This document shows, in pieces, positions 13,748-30,200 of a DNA stretch of 64,000 bases. Numbering within the stretch: the stretch's first letter is position 1; the number at the start of each line of letters is the position of its first letter. A program made the translations under genes and the position numbers. The DNA is taken from NCBI GenBank assembly GCA_031291295.1, contig JARLJI010000193.1, positions 12,921 through 76,920 on the forward strand, read 5' to 3'. The notes beneath the pieces are model-generated. The model had not been told where the DNA came from and ran no database searches. It saw only the letters and a list, made by a program, of their open reading frames with translations. The DNA is from Rhodoferax sp. (GTDB lineage: Bacteria; Pseudomonadota; Gammaproteobacteria; Burkholderiales; Burkholderiaceae_C).

Positions 13748-15385
13748 ATGCAGCACGCCTCTTACCTCGATGAAACCCGGCGCCGCCGCACCTTCGCCAT
13801 CATCTCCCACCCCGACGCCGGCAAAACCACGCTGACGGAAAAGCTGCTGCTGTTCTCGGGCGCAATCCAGATCGCAGGTTCCGTGAAGGCGCGCAAGGCC
13901 ACGCGCCATGCCACGTCCGACTGGATGGAGATCGAGAAGCAGCGCGGCATCTCGGTGGCCTCCTCCGTCATGCAGATGCTGTACCGCGACCACGTGATCA
14001 ACCTGCTCGACACGCCCGGTCACAAGGATTTTTCCGAAGACACCTACCGCGTGCTCACCGCCGTCGACTCGGCGCTGATGGTGATCGACGCGGCGAACGG
14101 CGTGGAGGCGCAGACGCGCCGCCTGATCGAGGTCTGCCGCCAGCGCGACACGCCCATCATCACCTTCGTCAACAAGATGGACCGCGAGGTGCGCGAGCCG
14201 CTCGACATCCTCGACGAGGTGGAACGCGAACTCGGCATGCCGTGCGTCCCGATGACCTGGCCGGTCGGCCAGGGCAAGAGCTTCGGCGGCATCATGAACC
14301 TGCGCACGCAGACCATGACGGTGTTCGACTCGGGCAAGGAACGCCTGCCACAAGAGTTCGAGACCATCGCGCTGAGCGACCGCGCCACGCTGCTCAAGCG
14401 CTTCGGCCACGAATTCGAAACCGCCGAGCAGAGCATGGAGCTGGCCGCCGGCGCCTCGCCCACCTGGGACCGAGAAGCCTTCCTCGCGGGCAAGCAGACC
14501 CCCGTGTTCTTCGGCTCCGGCGTGAACAACTTCGGCGTCATGGAAGTGCTCGATGCACTGGTGGACCTGGCGCCCTCGCCGCAGCCGCGCACCAGCACCA
14601 CGCTGGTGAATCGCCAGCCGGTGGTGAAGGAAATCCAGCCCGAGGACAAAGACTTTGCCGGCGTGGTGTTCAAGGTGCAGGCCAACATGGACGCGAACCA
14701 CCGCGACCGCATCGCCTTCGTGCGCATGGCCTCGGGCAAGTACACGCCGGGCATGAAGCTGCGCGTGCAGCGCACCGGCAAGGAGCTGCGCCCGACCAGC
14801 GTGGTGACCTTCCTGTCGCAGCGGCGTGAGGCGGTCGATGAGGCCTATGCGGGCGACATCATCGGTTTCACCACGCACGGCGGCGTGCAGCTCGGCGACA
14901 CCATCACCGATGGCGCCTCGCTGCAGTTCACCGGCCTGCCGTTCTTCGCGCCAGAACTGTTCATGACCGTGATCCTGAAAAACCCGCTGCGCACCAAGCA
15001 GCTGCAGCAGGGCCTGGCGCAGCTCGGCGAGGAAGGCGCGATCCAGGTGTTCCGCCCCGAGATCGGCGGGCCTATGCTGCTCGGCGCCGTGGGCCAGCTG
15101 CAGTTCGAAGTGGTGCAGCACCGCCTGAAGGGCGAGTACGACTGCGATGTGCGGCTGGAGGGCTGCCAATACACCGGCGCACGCTGGATCACCGCCGACA
15201 CGCCGGCCGAGCTGCGCGAGTTCGTCAACGCCTACCCGGCCCGCATGGCGCTCGATGCCGCCAACACGCTGGCCTACCTGTGCACCTCGCCCTACGACGT
15301 GCGGCTGGCGCAGGAGCGTTTTCCGAAGATCCATTTCCATCCGCTGCGCGAGCATGCGGGGTTGGCGCTGCAATCAGCCGGCTAG
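13748..15385 (+). CDS. prfC: Peptide chain release factor 3
   Basis: RRRTFAIISHPDAGKTT, DWMEIEKQRGISV, DTPGH, NKMD, HRDRIAF, GAVGQLQFEV. Confidence 0.97.
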   Translation: MQHASYLDETRRRRTFAIISHPDAGKTTLTEKLLLFSGAIQIAGSVKARKATRHATSDWMEIEKQRGISVASSVMQMLYRDHVINLLDTPGHKDFSEDTYRVLTAVDSALMVIDAANGVEAQTRRLIEVCRQRDTPIITFVNKMDREVREPLDILDEVERELGMPCVPMTWPVGQGKSFGGIMNLRTQTMTVFDSGKERLPQEFETIALSDRATLLKRFGHEFETAEQSMELAAGASPTWDREAFLAGKQTPVFFGSGVNNFGVMEVLDALVDLAPSPQPRTSTTLVNRQPVVKEIQPEDKDFAGVVFKVQANMDANHRDRIAFVRMASGKYTPGMKLRVQRTGKELRPTSVVTFLSQRREAVDEAYAGDIIGFTTHGGVQLGDTITDGASLQFTGLPFFAPELFMTVILKNPLRTKQLQQGLAQLGEEGAIQVFRPEIGGPMLLGAVGQLQFEVVQHRLKGEYDCDVRLEGCQYTGARWITADTPAELREFVNAYPARMALDAANTLAYLCTSPYDVRLAQERFPKIHFHPLREHAGLALQSAG

Positions 15386-15387
15386 GT

Positions 15388-15470
15388 ATGGCCCCCACGC
15401 TTGTCACTGCGTGTACGGCGCTGCCCCCCGAGGGGGCTGAACTTGCTTGGGGCGGCCCTGCGCTGCGTTC
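15388..15470. repeat. Probable small interspersed repeat (REP/MITE-like)
   Basis: GGCCCCCACGCTTGTCACTGCGTGTACGGCGCTGCCCCCCGAGGGGGC... with a GCCCCC/GGGGGC hairpin fills the prfC-HAD gap. Resembles a repeat I recall from related genomes; only one copy in this window. Confidence 0.45.
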
Positions 15471-15471
15471 G

Positions 15472-16296
15472 ATGCAGCCGCTTGCCGACTGGCCCACCGA
15501 ACAGCGCCACGACATCGTCGGTGTCTTCACCGACATCGACGACACGCTGACCACCGACGGCGCCATCACGCCCGATGCGCTGCGGGCGCTGGCCGATCTG
15601 AAGGCTGCCGGCCTGCATGTGATCCCCATCACGGGACGGCCGGTGGGTTGGAGCGAGCCGTTTGCGCGGGTCTGGCCGGTCGATGCGATCGTGGCCGAGA
15701 ACGGTTCGGTCGCTTTGATATTGAATGAAAACGGCCGCAAGCCCATACCAGATCTTCACAGTTCGCTATCAAAACTGTATCAACAGGATGCCACCACGCG
15801 CGCCGCCAACTACGCGCGCATGCAGCACGTGGCACAGCGCGTGCTGCGCGAAATCCCCGGTGCGATGCTGGCGCAAGACTCGGCCGGCCGCGAGACCGAC
15901 ATCGCGATCGACCACAGCGAGTTTGCGCAGCTGCCGCCCGAGCGGATCGCCCAGGTCGTGGCCCTCATGCAGCGTGAGGGCATGACCGCCACGGTGAGCA
16001 GCATCCACATCAACGGGTGGTTCGGCGGCCACAACAAGCTGGCCGGCGCGCGCTGGATCGTGCGCGAATTGCTCGATCGCGACCTCGACGCGGAGATCGG
16101 CCGCTGGGTCTACGTGGGCGACTCCACCAACGACCAGATCATGTTCGAGCATTTCCCGCACAGCGTGGGCGTGGCCAACATCCGGCGCTTCGAGGCCGAA
16201 CTCGCGCATCCGCCGCGCTATGTCGCGCAGGGTGAACGCGGCGCGGGCTTTGCGGAGCTGGCGCGCACCATTCTGGAGCATGCTGGCAGCACCTGA
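15472..16296 (+). CDS. HAD-IIB family hydrolase
   Basis: FTDIDDTLT, ITGR, ENG, K, VGDSTND motifs. Confidence 0.88.
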   Translation: MQPLADWPTEQRHDIVGVFTDIDDTLTTDGAITPDALRALADLKAAGLHVIPITGRPVGWSEPFARVWPVDAIVAENGSVALILNENGRKPIPDLHSSLSKLYQQDATTRAANYARMQHVAQRVLREIPGAMLAQDSAGRETDIAIDHSEFAQLPPERIAQVVALMQREGMTATVSSIHINGWFGGHNKLAGARWIVRELLDRDLDAEIGRWVYVGDSTNDQIMFEHFPHSVGVANIRRFEAELAHPPRYVAQGERGAGFAELARTILEHAGST

Positions 16297-16389
16297 GCCG
16301 GCGCCGTCTTGGTCTGGTGGCGCACCGTCAGTGACATCGGAAGCTGCTATCGTGTCCATCGTGTATTTGCACGCCCGACGCACACACCA

Positions 16390-17448
16390 ATGGCCCGCCG
16401 TTCCTCCTCCGCCGCTTCTGCCCTGACGCGCGCCTACCAGCGCAACGTCAAGGCACTCACGAAGGCCACCCTGCAAGGTGGACGGCGAATGGCCGGGCAA
16501 CTGCAACGCGCCACCACAAAACACCTTGAACCACCACCGGGACGCGGCGACTGGATCGCCGGCATGGCGCTCGGGCCGGCCGGTGCGCGCCGCTACCACC
16601 TCTACCGTCCGCCGGATCTCAAGCTGCAGCCCGGCGAGCGCCTGCCGCTCATGGTCATGCTGCACGGCTGCGGACAGACGGGCCGCGATTTCGCAGTGAG
16701 TACGCGCATGGACCAGCTGGCCGCGCGCCATCGCTTTCTGGTGCTCTATCCGGAGCAGGACCGGCTGGCCAACGCCCAGGGCTGCTGGAACTGGTACGAC
16801 CGCCGCTCGGGCAAGGCCGACGCCGAAGCCGCCACGTTGATGGCTGCCGTCGACCAGGTGTGCCTGCTGTACCGGGCGGACCGCGAACGCCTGGCCGTCG
16901 CGGGCCTGTCGGCCGGCGCCAGCATGGCGGCGCTGCTCGCCACGCGCTATCCGGTGCGCTTCCAGGCGGTGGCGATGCATTCGGGCGTGGCGCCCGGCGC
17001 GGCCAAGTCGCCGGTGACCGCACTCGGCGCCATGCATGGCCGGCACTCGCCGGCGATGCTGGCCACGGCCGTGGGCAAGGCGTTGGGCGCCGCGGCGCAC
17101 TTCACGACACTGCCGCCGCTGCTCGTGCTGCATGGCGATGCCGACGTCATCGTCGCGCCGAGTAACGCGCTGGACAGCGCCACCATCTGGGCCACGGCCA
17201 CCGGCGCGGCGCCCGGTGGCATGCGCGTCGTGCAACGCGGCAAGCGCCATCCGATGCACGTGACCGACTACAAGCACCAGGGCCACACGTGCGTGACGCT
17301 GTGCCAGATCGCGCAACTCGGCCATGCCTGGAGCGGCGGCGCGGCGCGCGCGCCGTTCAGCGACGCGGCGGGGCCGGACGCCGCGCGGCTGGTGTGGGCT
17401 TTCGCCTCGCGGCAGTTCGCTGCAACCAGCAAAGTGCCGAAAGGCTAA
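16390..17448 (+). CDS. PHB depolymerase/LpqC family esterase
   Basis: MLHGC.Q, VLYPEQ, CWNWY, GLSAG nucleophile elbow, HGDAD, GHAWSGG. Confidence 0.85.
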   Translation: MARRSSSAASALTRAYQRNVKALTKATLQGGRRMAGQLQRATTKHLEPPPGRGDWIAGMALGPAGARRYHLYRPPDLKLQPGERLPLMVMLHGCGQTGRDFAVSTRMDQLAARHRFLVLYPEQDRLANAQGCWNWYDRRSGKADAEAATLMAAVDQVCLLYRADRERLAVAGLSAGASMAALLATRYPVRFQAVAMHSGVAPGAAKSPVTALGAMHGRHSPAMLATAVGKALGAAAHFTTLPPLLVLHGDADVIVAPSNALDSATIWATATGAAPGGMRVVQRGKRHPMHVTDYKHQGHTCVTLCQIAQLGHAWSGGAARAPFSDAAGPDAARLVWAFASRQFAATSKVPKG

Positions 17449-17459
17449 GCCCTGTTCCC

Positions 17460-23162
<5,703 letters not shown>

Positions 23163-23260
23163 GTCTTGTGATTCTTCCTGATGAGCCCGAACATTCTAGG
23201 CAGTCCGGCGCCCACGAGGCGGCGTGTGGTTATCGCGGCGCGAACTTGCGCGGCCCGCTG

Positions 23261-23737
23261 TCAGCCCGCCAGGCCCTGCAGCGCACGCTCAAGCGGCAGG
23301 CATTTCTCCTCGCCGACGGCCGCACGAATCTTGGGGACCAGATCTTCCAGCTGGTGGTAATCGGCGGCGGCTTCAACTGCCAGATTGAGCCGGAACCCCC
23401 GCAGCCCGAGGCTGGCGGTCAAGCGCGTCGCGATGGGGTAGGCATTTTGATAGCGCTGCTGCGGCAGGGCCAGGCCCGATGCGTCCGTCGCCGCAGGGGC
23501 CGCCACCGCAGCCGCCTGAAACACCGGCGCGGCGTCCTGCTCTGCAACCAGCAGGCCCAGTTCGACCAGGCGATCCACATCCGGCATGGTGACCCCGAGA
23601 CCGGATGTGGCACCGAGCACTTCGGTCAGGGTCCGCTTGCCATCGAACAAGATGAACGCGGAGCGCTGACGCGGCGTCAAGGGTACCGACCTGTCTTTCA
23701 AGGCCTGTTGTCCCGCTTCGGTCTTGGCATACTTCAT
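23261..23737 (-). CDS. Conserved hypothetical protein (possible winged-helix N-terminus)
   Basis: MKYAKTEAGQQALKDRSVPLTPRQRSAFILFDGKR...; coding-like composition from ATG 23737. Confidence 0.7.
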   Translation of the reverse strand: MKYAKTEAGQQALKDRSVPLTPRQRSAFILFDGKRTLTEVLGATSGLGVTMPDVDRLVELGLLVAEQDAAPVFQAAAVAAPAATDASGLALPQQRYQNAYPIATRLTASLGLRGFRLNLAVEAAADYHQLEDLVPKIRAAVGEEKCLPLERALQGLAG

Positions 23738-23862
23738 TGTTACAAGAAGTCTAATGCGTCTCAGCTGGTTACGCCAGCAGCAGAGGCAAGGTCGGCCAAT
23801 AGCTATAACTTCTTGCTTACTATTTCTTCCAACTTGTATTTGAAATAGAGCTTGCGCCGTCT

Positions 23863-26800
23863 TTATTGCGCCACTTGCGCCTGAAAAGTCACCGAGGTTT
23901 GGCTGCCCGGCGCCAATGTGCCGGTAAAAGTCCACTGCAAAGCGCCCTGCCCGCCCACCGCGGGCTGCGTGCTCACGCTACAGGCCGTCAATCCGGCCGG
24001 CAGCGTGGCCGGAGCCGGGCAGGCCGCCGACAAAAAGGTGGTGAATGCCGGGGTGGAATCGTTCAGCACCACAGTGGACAGCGGCCCGCTGCCCAGGTTG
24101 GTAATGCTGAGTTGGTATTGCAGTGTGTTGCCAGGCGCCGCATTGTTGGCCGTGCCGTAGCTGCCGCCCGTGGTGATGTTTTGCACCTGCTTTGTGAGTT
24201 GCAGGCCGCCGGAACTGCCCACCGTGGTCGTGTCGGTGCGGGTGAGCACACTGGTCGCAGGCGCGGCGCTTCCGCTGTAGGCAAAGCTGGCGCTCACGGT
24301 GAGCTTGTTTTGCGCGTTGAGAGGGGCATTGGCGGGAACAAATTCCTTGACCAGAATGCATATCTGCTGGCCGGCTGTTGCGGTGATGGGCGCCGTGATC
24401 TGAGGGTCGGCGTTGCTGAACTGGCCGCTGCAACTGGTATCCCGGTAAAGCACTTCACTCCAGCCCGTGAGTGCCGGGCTGGCGGTGCCACTCGTGCTGA
24501 ACGTCACCTGCCCTGCGCTGTCAGCCATGAAGCTGTGGGGATAGAACACCGTGGTGCCGGGCTGGGCAGTCTGCGCGCCGTCGGGCGCCAAGGTATTGGG
24601 CGGCACGAGGCCGAAGTTGACCCCCGTATAGCTATTGCCGCTGGCGTAAGTGAAGCTCACCGATGCCACCGATGCCGATGGCCGGCTATAGGTGCCGCCC
24701 GTATTGCCTGCGCTACCGCCGGTGACCAGATAGCCGCTGGGCGCCGTGGGCGTGACGACGACGGTCCCGCTGACGCCAAAGGGCAGCCACAGCACGGCGG
24801 TACCGCTGGCGTTGGTGGTCGCGTTGGCCACGGTACTGCCACCAGCCGTCGCCGTCACCACGACATTGCCCAGGCCCGCCTCGCTGCCGTTCTGTGCGCC
24901 GTCGTTGGCAGTGCCACCGCCGCTGCCGTTGTCGCCAAAGACCTGCACGATGAGTTGCGAGCCTTTCGCGGTGTTGGTCTCGGTACACACGATGGCCGTG
25001 TCGCTGGCGTTGACGGTCAGCACGTTGCCCGCCAGGGGCGTAGCATTGCCGGTGCAGTTCAGGACGCTGTTGTAGTTGCCCGCGCTGCCGGTGCCGAAGG
25101 TCTCGGCCAGGGTGATGGCGTTGCCCGCCGTCACCGTCGCTGCCGTGCCGGTCGTGGTGTTGCCCAAGGCCGTGGCGGTGGACACGCCGGTGGTGGCCGT
25201 GTTCGTGCCGCCGGTGCCGGCGAAGGTGATGCTGTCGCCGGCAATCGAATTGGCAGCCCAGGTTTTCTTGAGCGTCAGGCTCGCCGTCTTGGGCGTGTTG
25301 GTGTAGGTGCAGGTAATCGCCGTGTCGCTGGCGCTAATCAGCAGTGTGCTGCCTGGCGCACTGCCCGACAGGGCATTGGAGTTGCCGGTGCAGGACAGGG
25401 TCGTGCTGTAGTTGCTCTGGCTCCCGGCGCTGAAGACCTCTTGAGGGAAAGTAATAGTGTTGCCCGCGCTCACCGTCACTGCCGTGCCGGTCGTGGTGTT
25501 GCCTGCCGCCGTGGCTATTGAGGTGCCGGTGCTGGCATTGTTGGTGCCCCCGGTGGTCGTGGCCGTGATGCTGTTGCCGGCGATGGAGTTGACCGCCCAG
25601 GTCTTGACCAGCTTCAAGCTCGCCGTCTTGGGCGTGTTGGTCTCGGTACACACGATGGCCGTGTCGCTGGCGTTGACGGTCAGCACATTGCCCGCCAGGG
25701 GCGTGGCGTTGCCCGTGCAGCTCAGGACGCTGGTGTAGTTGGCCGCGCTGCCGGTGCCGAAGGTCTCGGCCAGGGTGATGGCGTTGCCCGCCGTCACCGT
25801 CGCCGCCGTGCCGGTCGTGGTGTTGCCCAACGCCGTAGCTGTCGAGACGCCCGTGGTGGCCGTGTTGGTGCCGCCGGTGCCGGTGAAGGTGATGCTGTTG
25901 CCCGGGTTCGAGTTCACTGCCCAGATTTTTTTCAGGGTCAGAGTCGCCGTCTTGGGGGTATTGGTGTAGGTGCAGGTGATGGCCTTGTCACTGGAACTAA
26001 TCACCAAGGTGCTGCCCGGCGCGCTGCCCGACAGGGCATTGGTGTTGCCGGTGCAGGCCACGGTCGTGGTGTAGTTGGCCGCGCTGCCGTTGGTGAAGGT
26101 CTCCGCCGGGAAGGTAACGGTGTCGCCGGCTTTGATCCCCCCCGCCGTACCTAAAGTCGAATTGCCCGCTGCTGTTGCCACTGAAGTGGCTATGGTGGCG
26201 TTGCTGGTGGCCCCGGTGGTGGCCACAGTGATGGTGTTGCCCGCGATGGAATTCACACTCCACGTCTTGTTCACTTGAAGCGGGTAAATCGGCGTGATTG
26301 TCACCGAGCCATTGGTGCCGGCACTGCCTCTGTTTATACCCCCATTGTTACTCGCAAGGCCCCCCGCGCCACCGCCCCCCCCCATGGCCGTCACAGCCGA
26401 GAAAGCAGTTACGGCCGTGTTGGAACATGATCCACCCGCAGCAGCCTGGGTTGTGTTGTTGCTGCTGGCGAGATCGGCCAAACCGGCTCCGCCCGCGCCG
26501 CCCGGGCAGCCGCCACCGCCACCGCCGCCGCCGCCGCCGTCCGAAGGGCCCTGGGATCCGGCGGATCCCGCGGAGCCAGGCAACGTTCCAACCGTCGTGG
26601 GGCTGAGCCCTGACCGGCCTGCAATTTGTTGAGCTCCGCCCTGACCACCGCTACCGCCGCCAGCAACGATCAACGTCGTGCCAGCGCTCGCGACCACACT
26701 TGCACCTCCGCCGCCACCACCCGCACCCGACCAGCCGCTGCAGCCGGGCTCGCCACCCGAGCCGCCTGCGAAACCACCGGTACCGCCGGCACTGCCGGCA

Positions 26801-27234
26801 CTGCCGGCAGCATTGGTGCACGTGTAGGTCGTGCCGCCGATGGTTTGATCCGTGGAACCAGGCCCGCCGCCGCCGCCCACGGCGACGTTGATCACGGTTC
26901 CCCCTGCCACGGAGTAAATGCCGCTTGCCGATCCCCCCGCACCTCCGGCACCCCCATTGCCTCCGGCGTCGGTTCCACCTCCTCCGCCGCCCGCCCCCAG
27001 GGCGTTGATCTGGATACCCACGGCACCAGCCGGCACGGTATAGGTCTGTACCGAACCCGTATAGGTAAAAGTGGTCTGTGCGGCCGCGCCCTTGACGAAA
27101 AGCAGCGCCAGCATGGCCAGACCCAGCAACCTGAGCCAACAATGGGCAGACTTCACGTAGCTTGGCTCACGCGTCGCATTGCGTCCTTTGCAGACCCGTG
27201 ACCAGAATCGGTCGATGGCGGTGATCTTCATCAT
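23863..27234 (-). CDS. Secreted adhesin: Gly-rich head, four pilin-like repeats, C-terminal truncated DUF11 domain (putative fibre tip)
   Basis: ATGA overlap with the upstream gene. Hydrophobic leader ending GAAA|Q, poly-Gly head, four K-x-W...C...CT.TN repeats, final TKQV..PG..LQY...ND.TP...TF.A.V domain. Confidence 0.85.
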   Translation of the reverse strand: MMKITAIDRFWSRVCKGRNATREPSYVKSAHCWLRLLGLAMLALLFVKGAAAQTTFTYTGSVQTYTVPAGAVGIQINALGAGGGGGGTDAGGNGGAGGAGGSASGIYSVAGGTVINVAVGGGGGPGSTDQTIGGTTYTCTNAAGSAGSAGGTGGFAGGSGGEPGCSGWSGAGGGGGGASVVASAGTTLIVAGGGSGGQGGAQQIAGRSGLSPTTVGTLPGSAGSAGSQGPSDGGGGGGGGGGCPGGAGGAGLADLASSNNTTQAAAGGSCSNTAVTAFSAVTAMGGGGGAGGLASNNGGINRGSAGTNGSVTITPIYPLQVNKTWSVNSIAGNTITVATTGATSNATIATSVATAAGNSTLGTAGGIKAGDTVTFPAETFTNGSAANYTTTVACTGNTNALSGSAPGSTLVISSSDKAITCTYTNTPKTATLTLKKIWAVNSNPGNSITFTGTGGTNTATTGVSTATALGNTTTGTAATVTAGNAITLAETFGTGSAANYTSVLSCTGNATPLAGNVLTVNASDTAIVCTETNTPKTASLKLVKTWAVNSIAGNSITATTTGGTNNASTGTSIATAAGNTTTGTAVTVSAGNTITFPQEVFSAGSQSNYSTTLSCTGNSNALSGSAPGSTLLISASDTAITCTYTNTPKTASLTLKKTWAANSIAGDSITFAGTGGTNTATTGVSTATALGNTTTGTAATVTAGNAITLAETFGTGSAGNYNSVLNCTGNATPLAGNVLTVNASDTAIVCTETNTAKGSQLIVQVFGDNGSGGGTANDGAQNGSEAGLGNVVVTATAGGSTVANATTNASGTAVLWLPFGVSGTVVVTPTAPSGYLVTGGSAGNTGGTYSRPSASVASVSFTYASGNSYTGVNFGLVPPNTLAPDGAQTAQPGTTVFYPHSFMADSAGQVTFSTSGTASPALTGWSEVLYRDTSCSGQFSNADPQITAPITATAGQQICILVKEFVPANAPLNAQNKLTVSASFAYSGSAAPATSVLTRTDTTTVGSSGGLQLTKQVQNITTGGSYGTANNAAPGNTLQYQLSITNLGSGPLSTVVLNDSTPAFTTFLSAACPAPATLPAGLTACSVSTQPAVGGQGALQWTFTGTLAPGSQTSVTFQAQVAQ
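24964..26290 (-). repeat. Intragenic tandem repeat, A-B-A-B (663-bp unit x2)
   Basis: TNTPK/TNTAK repeat ends at 25951, 25627, 25288 and 24964 (spacings 324, 339, 324 bp). Repeats 2 and 4 are nearly identical at the DNA level. Confidence 0.9.
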
Positions 27235-30200
27235 GGCATCCTCGCCGCGCTGGCCGGCAGCGCCTGCGCGTTGTTGCGCGGCTTGAACAGGTTTTCGTCG
27301 AACTTGAAGCGCAGCCGCAAATAGAAGCCGCGCTGGGTGTAGTCCGCGCCGGCGAGGTCGTTGTCGGTGAATCCCTTGACGTTGTACCCCACCGACAGCC
27401 ACAGGTTCTTCTCCACCAGATAGCCGACCTCGGCGCCTATGGCCTGCTGGCGGCCGGCCCCGTCGTTGTTGCCGAATTCGATGTAGTACTGCAACCCCGC
27501 GTCCCATTTGCTGTTGATATCCCATGTGGAGCGCCCGCCGATCATTTGCGCGGTGTAGGTGCTGGTGATGCCGGTGGAATAGTCGGTCGCGCGCTTGATG
27601 CCATAGCGCCCGTTCATCAGCCAGCTCGCGCTGGGCTGGTAGTTGAGGTTGGCGGAAAGGATGGTCGCGGCCTCGTCGATGTTCAGGCCCGCACCCAGTG
27701 TGCTGTTCTGGCTGCGCTTGACTTCCACCCGCGCCAGGGCATTCCACACGTCGCTGTTGACCGGGCGGTACGCCGCGCCAAACTGCGCCTGGTTCAGGTA
27801 GATCGAACCGCTGCCTGCGGTGCTGCTGAGCTGCTGGTTGAAGCTGTAGCGGTCCAGCAGGGTGACATCGGGATTGAGCTTGAAGGCCGCACCCACGGTG
27901 GCCAGCCGGGTTTGCGCGGTGTCGGATTTGCTCAGCTCCAGGCGGGCCGAGCCTTTCCAGTCAGGATTGGCGGTGTATTGCAGCGCCCCGGTCACGGCGG
28001 TAGCTGTGTCGGTCACCACGCCGGAGATTGGGCGCACCCTTTGAATACTGGTGCTCAAGCCCAGACCGGGGGCGATGTGCCAGAGATTGCGCAGGCCGAT
28101 GGCTGCTTCGGCCGTGCGCCCGTCGATGCCATCGCCGACGCGGTATTCGTTGAACAGCTGGCCGTCCTTCATGTAGGTGGTGTCGATGCCGGCCACGGTG
28201 TTGTAGCTCTGCTGGGTAGGGCTGAGTCCGTAGTCGCCGGTCAGGCTGTTGCTGCTCTGGTGGGTGGCGTAGAGCTTGGTCTGGGGCGCGACCTGGTAGG
28301 TTCCGCCAATGGTGGCCGCCTTGCGGCTATCGTCGCTCAACGCCTGCTCGTATTGCACAAAAGCATTGGCGGCGGGCACGCCCGGCACGGGGGCGTCGAG
28401 CCGCACGCGCGCGCTGGTGTAATCGTTGGGCACGGCCCCCGTGGCCAGTGGCTGGGTGGGCAGGTTGTTGGCGTTGACATGGCGCAGGCTGGTGGTGAGC
28501 TTGAGGCCCATCGGCAGGCTGTGCTCGAGGCCAACGGATTCACCCTCGCTGGACCCGCCACCGGCAATACTCGTGAGCGCGCCACCCAAGGGAATGCTCG
28601 ACGGGCTTTGTATCACGCTGCCGGACGCGGTGGTCGTCTTGATAGCGTCGATCACCAGCCGGTTCTTGTCATTGATGGCGTAGCCAATCTTGGCGCCGTA
28701 TTCGGAGGCGCCGGCCGTGAACGTCGAGCTGGGGTTGCTGAACGTAGGGTCGGTCTGCACGCCATACACCCGGACCTGCAGCTTTGGATCGGTATGACGC
28801 AATTCGAGGCGGCGCGCCTCACCCGTGCCCGCCAGATCGGTTTGCGATTGCGCCAGCTCGCCGACCAGTGTGGTCGCGGGACCGGCATTCCACAGAAAAT
28901 TGGCGCCGCGCAGGGTCTGCTGGTTCGCGGGATTGGTGTCGCGGATATAGGTGCCGCCCAGGGTGAAGAAGCTGGTGAGTTTTTCGCGCAGGTCGACGCC
29001 GCCGACCCAGTAGCTGGGGCCGCCCGAGCTGATCTCGTAGGTCACGCGGATATAGACCGGGTTGAGGTTCGCGTCCAGGCTGGCAACCGGCGCCTTGAGC
29101 AGGATCTGCCCGCTGTTGGCCTCGACGGCGTAGTCGGTCAGCAGGGTCAGCGGCACGTCGCTCAGGACGATGGACGGCTGGTTGCGGTCGCGCGTGACGA
29201 TGTCCACCTGCTGGCTGTTGATCACGCCGTTGATCTGGCTCAACTGGTAGGGGCCGGAGGTACCGTTGGCCGCAATTTCATCGATCACCTGGGAGGTATT
29301 GGTGTAGCTGGCGAAGCCGTCCACGGTCAGGCTCCCGCTTTCGATGTGCGTCTTGGCGCCGTTGAGCACGCGGCTGTACTGGGTCAGCAGGCGCGCGGGG
29401 TTGTCGCTCTGGGTGCTGTAGTCGCCGTACAGGACATAGGAGGTGCCATGGTCGATGCGCACATAGAGCTTGCCGGTGGATTGCGCGTCATAGCCCTTGA
29501 CCGAGGAGTCGCCGTACACGCCGTAGAACTGATTCGGCTGGATATCGCGGAACAGCGCAGTGTCGCCCGGCTTGTCGGAGTCGTAGGCCAGGGTCAACAG
29601 GCTGGAGCCCAGTACCTTGCCTTTGAGAAATAGCGACGCACGCGCCGCCGCGCTGTCCTTGCCATTGTTGAAGCTCTGCGAGGCGCTCTGGATTTCGCGC
29701 TCGAACACGTCGCCGTTTTGCGTCGCTGTCAAGGCGGTGGGGTTGAGATTGCGCAGGTTGAACACGCCTTCCACGATGCCGGCAGCGATCATCGGGCGCA
29801 GATTGGGCATGAAGGTCAGGTCGGACTCGCCGCGCAGCGCGCCGCTGCTGATGCGCAGCGTGGCTTTGCCCGGGTTGGGTGGCGGCATCAGGGCAAAATG
29901 ACCAACGCCTCCTTCGACAAAGACCTGGACGCCGGGCTCCTTCGGATCAAGGTCGGGGGTCTGCCATTCGCCCAGGCTGGATTCAAGGGTCAACGACGTG
30001 CGCGAGGTCACCGGCACGCCGTGCTCGTCCAGCAAATGCACAGTCACATCCACCGGCGTCTGGCCGTCGGCATTGGCTTGCGCCGGGGTGTCGATCCTGA
30101 TTTGCGCCAGCTTGCCCGGCGCAATCAGGTGGATGCGGGCTGTTCCGCGGGGGTTTCCGAAGCTATCCAGCGCCGCAAGATCCAGGACGTTGTCACCCGG

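Noticed and set aside
23770-23816. Possible further copy of the 60-bp repeat (AGCTATAACTTCTTGC)
   Set aside because: Only half of the core matches; too degenerate to count.
24964-26290. Tandem repeats as a CRISPR array or diversity-generating retroelement
   Set aside because: Repeats are 324-339 bp, in frame and coding; no spacers, cas genes or reverse transcriptase.
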